The notes beneath the pieces are model-generated. The model was not told where the DNA came from. It did not search any database and worked only from the letters and a program-made list of their open reading frames with translations. From positions 1 through 32,906 of IMG/VR virus record IMGVR_UViG_3300027863_000113: DNA of 32,906 nt. One strand, written 5' to 3'. Positions 26,084 to 32,906 of the stretch are shown one piece after another. How positions within the stretch are numbered: position 1 is the stretch's first letter; every line of letters begins with the position of its first letter. A program made the translations under genes and the position numbers. Source of the stretch: a virus (Duplodnaviria > Caudoviricetes).

Positions 26084-26990
26084 TATATAAGTCTCCTATG
26101 TTCATTTCACATAGATTATTTAAATGAGACGAATTCTCAGTTTGATCATTTTTTAGTAATAATGTAGTTATTTTTGTATGTTTTTCAAGGCTCTCAAATT
26201 CTTGTTGGAATTGTCTTTCAGAAGTGTTTCTGATTGTTTCTTCTTTCCATTTTTCATCTCTTCCAGGAACTTCTGACCAATGAATTTCAAATGTTTTGTA
26301 ATTATTTCTACCATGTTGTGCATCTGTCCAGAGTTTATAGAACAAATTCATACCATTTGGTGTAGAAACGATAATAATTTTGGTTGTTTTACCAGAAGAA
26401 ATTACAGGATATACTGAATTGAAGAAATCATTTGCCATATTGTTTGGAACGAAAGCAAATTCATCCAAAAATACTAGATTAAATGATCCTCCACGAATAG
26501 CAGAACTGGATGTTGATGCTGCAATAACTTTCGATCCATTTTCAAGTTCAACATTACCTTTGTTCCAAACCACAACTCCTTGTTGTAGCCAATCTGGTAA
26601 ATTTTCATAAGCTAATTGATACTTCGCTAAAATATCTCGGGCTAGTGCTCCTTTGTTAGCTAAAACGGCAATATTTTGATCATCGGTAAAAATAGAAAGC
26701 CAAAGTAAATATGCAACTGTTGTGGATGTTTTTCCAACCTGTCGTGGACATTTTGTGATTACGAAACGATTATCCGTAAATGTTTGGAGCATTTTTTCTT
26801 GAAAACCCCACATTTCAAAAGGCATCAAACCTTTATCAACGTTTACGATACGGATATATTTTTTTGCAAAATAAATGGGATCTTTAGAACATTTGATATA
26901 TTCATCAATCTGTTCTTTTGAATAGTTAAGTTTTACTCCAGCTCTTTTTAGATTGGGATTATCACGATAAGCTGTTTTATCGTAACTCAT
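26049..26990 (-). CDS. 17: terminase large subunit gp17, N-terminal (ATPase) half fused to split-intein IntN
   Basis: PRQVGKT, LVFLDEFAF, STPNG; extein ends QFQQEFE and is followed by 47 non-terminase residues. Confidence 0.96.
   Translation of the reverse strand: MSYDKTAYRDNPNLKRAGVKLNYSKEQIDEYIKCSKDPIYFAKKYIRIVNVDKGLMPFEMWGFQEKMLQTFTDNRFVITKCPRQVGKTSTTVAYLLWLSIFTDDQNIAVLANKGALARDILAKYQLAYENLPDWLQQGVVVWNKGNVELENGSKVIAASTSSSAIRGGSFNLVFLDEFAFVPNNMANDFFNSVYPVISSGKTTKIIIVSTPNGMNLFYKLWTDAQHGRNNYKTFEIHWSEVPGRDEKWKEETIRNTSERQFQQEFESLEKHTKITTLLLKNDQTENSSHLNNLCEMNIGDLYNELKEHNERTT
26052..26192 (-). mobile_element. split intein N-fragment (47 aa, Ser1)
   Basis: Block A-like SLEKHTKI and M.IGDLY motif; Ser codon AGC at 26192-26190. 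Confidence 0.88.
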
Positions 26991-27427
26991 TCTATATTAC
27001 CCTTTAAGAGTTTATTTAAATCTGATGGACTGCCAATAAAAACAGCTTTATCAATATTTGTTTCATTTGTTGCTTTACTTTTTCCTGTCATGTCTCGCAT
27101 CTGTTTTTGAAGAAGAATTAATTTTTCATTAGCATCTGTTACATTTTTAATCAAAATTGCTGCAACTTCATATGCTCTAGGTTCTTGAGAATTTTTAGCA
27201 ACATCGATAATATCATTGATTGCATTCATGCCTTTTGTTACAATGTAATTGTAATTGTCTCTTACAGTCTCATAATCACCAGGCAAGTCATTTTCGAAGG
27301 AACTTGTTGTATTTCCTTCTTCTTTAGGTTCTTTCATGGTAATCATGGAAGTATTTGCTTCTTTTTTAACTTCTTCAAAAGGAACGTCGAATACTTCACT
27401 CATATTTTTATCAAAATCTTGCATCAT
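26987..27427 (-). CDS. 16: terminase small subunit gp16
   Basis: DYE.VR.N, A.NSQEPRAYEV, N.KL..LQKQM, VFIGS..DL.KLLK; upstream of gp17. Confidence 0.93.
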   Translation of the reverse strand: MMQDFDKNMSEVFDVPFEEVKKEANTSMITMKEPKEEGNTTSSFENDLPGDYETVRDNYNYIVTKGMNAINDIIDVAKNSQEPRAYEVAAILIKNVTDANEKLILLQKQMRDMTGKSKATNETNIDKAVFIGSPSDLNKLLKGNIE

Positions 27428-28434
27428 TAACTTTCAGTGATTGTTGTTGTTACAGTGTAATTTGAATTTGCATTAGCTGTAATTGGATTTACTGTTAGAT
27501 CAATAGTTGCATATTTACTATTTTCCTCATACATTCCTACTAATATATATGAAGAATCTGAACTTACACCGTAAATGTACGTGTTTGTAAGAAATGTTCC
27601 ATTAATATTTGATAAAGTTAACTGATTGGTTGTATTGCTAAAATTATTGACTGTTGCTGTTGCAAATGCTGTATCTAAAGAATATCCTTGATAAACAGTT
27701 TCACCAATTTTATAAAATCCAAATCCTGTATTCGCAACATTAAAAATTGTAAAAATGTCAGCAGAAGAATCATTATAATTGTAAATATTTGTAATAGCTT
27801 CTTTAATAACAGAAGCTTCGTAGGTTGAACCAAAAATAAATCCTTTTGCTGTAAAAGTTAAAGTCCAAATTACAACTCTAGTTGAATCCGTATCTCCTTC
27901 ATACTCAATATCAAAATCAACATTTTTTAGTAAAATAGGAAGTTCTTTGATTCCTGGTGCACCCAGTTCTGGCACAAAATTAATTTTAATGGTGTATTCT
28001 GGAGTAAAAAATGGTAAAATCTTTTCAACTATTTCAGTACCATCTTCTATATTACGAACGTAAATATAAAGAGAAAAATTAAAATTATAAGGAACTGGAA
28101 CATATTGCGAATAACCTGTTGATGAATTGTTTGGATTTACAGCAGTATTTTTCAAATTTGTTATTTGTTTTCTTGTACTATCATATTCCATTCCTGTCAT
28201 ATCATACGACATTCTTGGTAATGCTATTTGAATTTTTTTATCTAGATTTGGATCACCCAACAATTTTGTTACATATTTCTCTTTTGGTGCAAAGATAAGA
28301 GGAACAGCAAATGTTTGATTTGTAGTTCCATCTTGATTGATTCTAGTTAAAGAAATATTATTAAAGATATCCCCAAAACCAACAATAGTTTTTCTAATGG
28401 TTCTATGATATTGATTATAAACTGATGTTGTCAT
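27427..28434 (-). CDS. 15: tail sheath stabilizer / terminator gp15
   Basis: YH.TIRK.IV.FG.IFN.I, VPL.FAPKEK, LPRMSY, PVPYN, ILPFF.P. Confidence 0.93.
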   Translation of the reverse strand: MTTSVYNQYHRTIRKTIVGFGDIFNNISLTRINQDGTTNQTFAVPLIFAPKEKYVTKLLGDPNLDKKIQIALPRMSYDMTGMEYDSTRKQITNLKNTAVNPNNSSTGYSQYVPVPYNFNFSLYIYVRNIEDGTEIVEKILPFFTPEYTIKINFVPELGAPGIKELPILLKNVDFDIEYEGDTDSTRVVIWTLTFTAKGFIFGSTYEASVIKEAITNIYNYNDSSADIFTIFNVANTGFGFYKIGETVYQGYSLDTAFATATVNNFSNTTNQLTLSNINGTFLTNTYIYGVSSDSSYILVGMYEENSKYATIDLTVNPITANANSNYTVTTTITES

Positions 28435-28437
28435 GGA

Positions 28438-29322
28438 TTAAATTAGTCCAAAAGGATTAGATTCTGTATTATCAATATAGGTATTTGCTTCAACATTAAT
28501 AACTTCATTATCATATGCTGCATGTCCTTGACCTTCAGTATAGACATTTGTTGCTACGAATTCACAATTAGCACTAGATGAAGATCCATATGTTATTGTG
28601 TTTGTTGAAAATGTACCATTAATTTGATTCAATACCATAATACCTGTTTGAATGCTATATTGTGATAATGTTCCTGTCACAGTCGCATTTGCAAATGTTG
28701 CATCGGGTGATTGATAGACAATTTCATTTATATTAAATCTACCATTAAGATTTGTGAAATAAAATTCAGATGAAACAGCTTCAAGTGTTTGAATAATATC
28801 AATATCTGGAATTCCTGTTTCCATAGCTTCCTGTGAATATTTGAATTTCTCAAGTTCAAGACGATAGTAAAATGGATTCTTTCTGCCCAGCATTGACATA
28901 TCTGATGTTTGATGAACATATGTAATTTCAAATAATTCACCTTGACCATTTGTTGAAGGAACATAAATCAAATCGCCTTCCATAGGTCTAGTTAAAGTTG
29001 TTGTGCTAACTCGTTGATCGAATGTTCTTTTTGAAAGAATGATATTTAAAGTTATACGAAGTTCAAGTCCAAATTTACTGAAAAAGTTTTTGCTTCCTCC
29101 ATAATCATCTGTATTTTCAATATACACTTCAATAGGAAAAGCAGAAGTAAATTTCTTTAGAACATCTTCACCATAAAGCAAATCTCTGGCTTGTGAATTA
29201 GAATTTGGAACGTAATAGCAATCCATTCCATTGATTTGAATAACTTCATGGATTAAATCTTCAACAAGTCTTTGCTCGTTGACTGAATTATAATTGCGAA
29301 AATATGGATTTACTGGTGGCAT
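28438..29322 (-). CDS. 14: neck protein gp14
   Basis: NPYF..EQ.LVEDL..E.IQ..G, SKFGLE, RP.EGDLIY.P, C-terminal E.NPFG. Confidence 0.94.
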   Translation of the reverse strand: MPPVNPYFRNYNSVNEQRLVEDLIHEVIQINGMDCYYVPNSNSQARDLLYGEDVLKKFTSAFPIEVYIENTDDYGGSKNFFSKFGLELRITLNIILSKRTFDQRVSTTTLTRPMEGDLIYVPSTNGQGELFEITYVHQTSDMSMLGRKNPFYYRLELEKFKYSQEAMETGIPDIDIIQTLEAVSSEFYFTNLNGRFNINEIVYQSPDATFANATVTGTLSQYSIQTGIMVLNQINGTFSTNTITYGSSSSANCEFVATNVYTEGQGHAAYDNEVINVEANTYIDNTESNPFGLI

Positions 29323-29323
29323 A

Positions 29324-30097
29324 TCAATTCATCATAAATTCTAATGGTCCAGAATAATCATCGATCATTTCTTGTTCAAGCTTGTTGATTTCTTCTACAG
29401 CTTCATCATAAATTTTATCTCCATTTAGAGCTATTCCACCAAGCATTTGAACGCCTTGAAATTTCTTCATGTTTTCACCCCAATTTCTTTTAATTAGGGC
29501 AGTTGCATATCTTTTTAACCAACGATCATTCCAAACATCTGGATATACATTAGGATCGATTGACGCATAACATTCAGCAACAACTACTGTGCCAACGGGA
29601 GCTTCCGATGCACCCCATGCCCAGTCAATATAAAGTCTTTGCATATGACGTTGAAATCTGATTGGAACTTCACCTGTAAAGAAAATTTCAAGAGTTCTTA
29701 AATGTTGTTGTGTTAATGTGTAATTAATATATGATGCAGATGTAAAATCATACAATTCATTTAAACGCAATTGATATCTCAAATCGAACATATTAATTGT
29801 TGCTTGAGAATCTTGCAAAGGAAAAATTCTTGTAACACCTTGAATTTCGACAACATTATTTGACGAATCTAATACATTAGATAGATCAAGATATTGATTA
29901 TTAATATCGGTTTGATTCACTGCATGAATATAATAAAATTTTTGAATCGCATCGAAGTGATAATCGGTGTAATATTGCAATGCATCATCAATACGATCTT
30001 CAATTTGATCGTTGTCCATATTAATGTTGATAACAGGAAATCCAAGTCTGCGCAAGCAATAATCTTTAAATTCGTCTCTGGTTGATATTGAAGCCAT
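29324..30097 (-). CDS. 13: neck protein gp13
   Basis: YCLRRLG.PVI.IN, DRIDDALQ..DYHFD, WLKRYATALIK..WG.N..KF. Confidence 0.95.
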   Translation of the reverse strand: MASISTRDEFKDYCLRRLGFPVININMDNDQIEDRIDDALQYYTDYHFDAIQKFYYIHAVNQTDINNQYLDLSNVLDSSNNVVEIQGVTRIFPLQDSQATINMFDLRYQLRLNELYDFTSASYINYTLTQQHLRTLEIFFTGEVPIRFQRHMQRLYIDWAWGASEAPVGTVVVAECYASIDPNVYPDVWNDRWLKRYATALIKRNWGENMKKFQGVQMLGGIALNGDKIYDEAVEEINKLEQEMIDDYSGPLEFMMN

Positions 30098-30116
30098 TTT
30101 TAATCCTTTTTATTTC

Positions 30117-30124
30117 TATTTATG
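30117..30124 (-). promoter_or_regulatory. late promoter (CATAAATA) for gp13
   Basis: 7/8 match to TATAAATA about 20 nt before the ATG; AAGGA SD. Confidence 0.7.
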
Positions 30125-30226
30125 CTTATGGCTCTAAATAGACTCCCGATGTAGTTCCTGTGTCCAAAGTATAACTCGTGTTGGATTTGATGAAAATTAA
30201 GATCTATTTTATTTGCCTTTTAATTT

Positions 30227-30946
30227 TTACCAATTAATAGAAGCTACAGTATTCGAATTGTTCGCTGTCATAACTTGTGATTTAAGAATATTATATTTTT
30301 CTCGCATAGCATTAACAAAAACAATACCTTGTTCAAATAAAGAAACTGCTGTTGGAGGATCAACAATAATTGCACCATTCGATGTGCTGATTCTGAATCC
30401 CATTTTATACCATTGAATTGTTCCATCTGTAACTGATAAACTAAAATCTGATGGAAATACTGGTTGACTATTTCCCGATAAACCACCAGAAAATGTCATA
30501 TAATAAATTGAATTTGATACAATAACACTATTTGGATAATAAGTTGTATTAGCTGACCAAATTCCAGCTTTTTGCATTGCACCTTGGGCTGCCATCGATG
30601 CCATCAATGCATTTGTTTGATCGTGTTTTGTATTATCTTCTCTCAAAGTAATCGTGTAATTATTACCAGCAACATTAGCACTGAATCCGTTATAAATTGC
30701 TTGAGTACAATTAATTGATAAAAGATTTGTTTTTTGTGATTGATATGCTAACAATTCAGAATTAGCTGTTGGTGCAATTAGCTGATTATTTGCAACTGTC
30801 CATGCTAAAGGATAAGATGCTGAAGATAAATTTGAAATATCGTTATTCGTAGCAATAATATATGAACCGCTTTGTGGTGTTTGTGAAGATAGATACCATC
30901 CTGTAACTAATCCAGTATTTGGATCATATTGTATATAATAATTCAT
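30227..30946 (-). CDS. putative tail-fibre-associated protein (assembly chaperone-like) with an inserted carbohydrate-binding-like module
   Basis: ATGA-coupled to the fibre gene; C..AI..GF and terminal V.SINW pattern; internal W.ANT.Y..TDGTIQW. Confidence 0.55.
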   Translation of the reverse strand: MNYYIQYDPNTGLVTGWYLSSQTPQSGSYIIATNNDISNLSSASYPLAWTVANNQLIAPTANSELLAYQSQKTNLLSINCTQAIYNGFSANVAGNNYTITLREDNTKHDQTNALMASMAAQGAMQKAGIWSANTTYYPNSVIVSNSIYYMTFSGGLSGNSQPVFPSDFSLSVTDGTIQWYKMGFRISTSNGAIIVDPPTAVSLFEQGIVFVNAMREKYNILKSQVMTANNSNTVASINW

Positions 30947-32906
30947 GAAAAAACTCCTAAATTAACACCAGCTATTCCGCCGTAACCTTGACCAACAAAC
31001 CAATCAAAAATCGTAAAATTGTATGTTTTTTGTTGTGTATAGAAAAAATCTCCCCATGATATTGGTGAATTAGTTCCATTATGTGCTTGAACTCCTAATG
31101 GTAAGCAATATATATTCGCATCTGTGCCTGTATAATATTCTCCAAGTCCACCACAAATTATTCCAACATTATTATTTGTTGTTAAAGATAAGATCGCATT
31201 GGTTTGATACTTACCTGTTACAGCATTTGATGAAACAAAATTCCATGAACCAGATTTTTTAGTATACACACCACCAGACATTCCCGTTGGTGGTGTCTGA
31301 CCACCAGTAAATGTCCAAGTAATAACTGTGTTTGTGTTAGCATTTGCACTTAAACAAAATGCCATAATAGAATTCATATGTGAACCCGGATCAACATATG
31401 GAGATAATGTTATATATTGATTATTTGCTGAATCTGAAATTGTTGGGGCAGTTACTCCATGATTATATAAACACGAAGTTACTATTAATGCTCCTTGAGG
31501 AACGTTCAAAAACCCACTGTTGATCGTTGAACCAGAACTGATACTTGTTGCAAATGATTGAACTCTTTGATAATTTGAATTTGATGATAATAATAAATTA
31601 AATCCGACCCCATTAATTCCTGTAGATAAATTATCTGTTGTTAATGAAATAACATTTGGTGATGAATTTAAACTTGTTAAATTCAACGTTGCCGCCATCA
31701 AAGATGATGAAACAGTTGTATTTGAAGATTGAGAAATTGCTGTATATCCTGGAGGAACATTTGGAATATTAGTGCCTGTGTTATTTAATGCAATAATTAA
31801 TTGTTTACTATTTTGTTCTGATTGTGTTTGTGGATAAAAATTATATGTGGAATTTCCACTAACATATTTGTTTGCTGTATATGTCAAATAACTGCCCGTT
31901 AATGGAGAACAATTTCTAAATGTAAATAATTGTCCATACATAAAATTAATGGATGCTGAACCACCACTAATATATTCAAATGAATAATTAGATTCTAAAT
32001 TAGAAGCTTCTCTCCATAAAACAGCGCTATTACCATCATTTGAGCCTTGGTTTGGAATAATATCATAATAATTCCAACCTGTTTGAAGTCTGCCCGAACT
32101 GTCATAAGCAACAATTCCTAATGTATTTGTTGGTGAAGTTGATTGACTGCAACCAAATACTCCAATTACAATGTCATTTGTTCTATAAACTGATGGAGGC
32201 GAAGTGACTATATAGGGGTAATTTGCGTTTGATGAAATTAAATAGGTTGTATTTGATATTAGCTTTGGATAAACTGGGTCAAATGCATAAGTGATTACAA
32301 TAACACCATTTGCACCAGCTCCTGGAGTGCCTCCATTTCCTGTACCTCCACCTCCACCTCCACCATATAGTCCTCCATAACCCGCTTGTCCGCCGTTCGG
32401 CTGTGAAAATACAGATATATGATTATATTGTAATCCACCGCCACCACCGCCCGATCCAGCTAAATTCCATTCTGTTCCCGCAAATCCTGATTGAGCATTT
32501 ACAGATAGAGTTGAGTTTGGAGACCATAATCCACCTGCTCCTCCAAAATAATTTCCAGCAGCTCCGCCGTCAGAATTTGTTGTTATATTATCTGTAAATC
32601 CATTTGCTCCCGGTCCATTCGGTCCCGCCGCACCGCCTCCTCCGCCTCCTCCATTAGATAAACCAGCACTTGCTCCCCATCCTCCAGAATAAATTAAATT
32701 ACCTTTTGAATTAGAAGTTGTTCCTCCAGAAACAACATTTCCTGTACCATTAACATCTGTTTTTCCAAAATCTGCTACAACAGTTAAAGTATCTTTAAAC
32801 CAAGTTATTGAACCATCATGAAAAGTTGGACTATTAATTCCTGTAGAATAATCATAATATGCTCCTTGACCAATTTGATAATTTATATTATTTCCAGAAA
32901 CTAAAG
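30943..32906 (-). CDS. Gly-rich tail fibre / receptor-binding-like protein, 5'-truncated (>=653 aa)
   Basis: Frame of the 332-aa ORF stays open to the window edge; GGGGGGAAGPNGPG, GGLYGGGGGGG, GAGANGVIVITY. Confidence 0.75.
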   Translation of the reverse strand, partial: LVSGNNINYQIGQGAYYDYSTGINSPTFHDGSITWFKDTLTVVADFGKTDVNGTGNVVSGGTTSNSKGNLIYSGGWGASAGLSNGGGGGGGAAGPNGPGANGFTDNITTNSDGGAAGNYFGGAGGLWSPNSTLSVNAQSGFAGTEWNLAGSGGGGGGLQYNHISVFSQPNGGQAGYGGLYGGGGGGGTGNGGTPGAGANGVIVITYAFDPVYPKLISNTTYLISSNANYPYIVTSPPSVYRTNDIVIGVFGCSQSTSPTNTLGIVAYDSSGRLQTGWNYYDIIPNQGSNDGNSAVLWREASNLESNYSFEYISGGSASINFMYGQLFTFRNCSPLTGSYLTYTANKYVSGNSTYNFYPQTQSEQNSKQLIIALNNTGTNIPNVPPGYTAISQSSNTTVSSSLMAATLNLTSLNSSPNVISLTTDNLSTGINGVGFNLLLSSNSNYQRVQSFATSISSGSTINSGFLNVPQGALIVTSCLYNHGVTAPTISDSANNQYITLSPYVDPGSHMNSIMAFCLSANANTNTVITWTFTGGQTPPTGMSGGVYTKKSGSWNFVSSNAVTGKYQTNAILSLTTNNNVGIICGGLGEYYTGTDANIYCLPLGVQAHNGTNSPISWGDFFYTQQKTYNFTIFDWFVGQGYGGIAGVNLGVFS

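Noticed and set aside
23727-26990. terL as a pseudogene, frameshift or group I intron-split gene
   Set aside because: Both halves keep their catalytic motifs and carry intein blocks at the exact junction; the intervening DNA is fully coding, leaving no room for a ribozyme core
25588-30486. Nested minus-strand ORFs 25588-25776, 28728-28964 and 30268-30486
   Set aside because: Short alternative frames inside real genes with no supporting signals
2690-32597. All plus-strand ORFs in the track (e.g. 11922-12443, 14482-14742, 19503-19769, 32310-32597)
   Set aside because: They are antisense shadows of well-supported minus-strand genes, with no recognisable motifs and biased F/S/I or H/L composition
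32330-32655. CCT/CCA/CCG repeats as collagen-like or diversity-generating repeats
   Set aside because: They are Gly codon runs without G-X-Y periodicity; no template/variable repeat pair or reverse transcriptase was seen
1-32906. CRISPR arrays, tRNA/rRNA genes, stop-codon reassignment
   Set aside because: No spaced repeats or cloverleafs were seen in the short intergenic gaps; core genes are full length in the standard code, and TAA and TGA are both used as stops

Overview
An AT-rich 32.9-kb piece of a T4-like myophage genome. Gene order and content resemble the aquatic, cyanophage-like 'distant T4' group rather than T4 itself. All credible genes are on the minus strand in the standard genetic code. 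In transcription order: a 5'-truncated Gly-rich fibre-like gene and a partner, neck/tail/head genes gp13-14-15-16-17-18-19-20-(67-like, 2 extra genes)-68-21-22-23-3, then uvsY, uvsW, gp55, gp47, gp46, peptide deformylase, a cluster with two glycosyltransferases, dNMP kinase, gp45, dsbA-like, gp44, gp62, regA and dCMP deaminase. The main feature is a fractured large terminase (gp17). It is split into two ORFs carrying the halves of an atypically split intein (47-aa IntN beginning with Ser rather than Cys; 117-aa IntC ending HN|C), with a free-standing HTH/Zn-ribbon/Vsr-like endonuclease gene overlapping both halves. Other points of interest are a probable DNA-glycosylation module, a gp67-like protein that looks like a protease-cleaved polyprotein, an antisense consensus promoter firing into an AT-rich repeat tract (candidate origin or sRNA), three TTGACA-N16-TATAAT promoters, and an (A/S)-N-T motif bias in outer virion proteins. 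All protein calls come from motif recognition and synteny; no searches were run.
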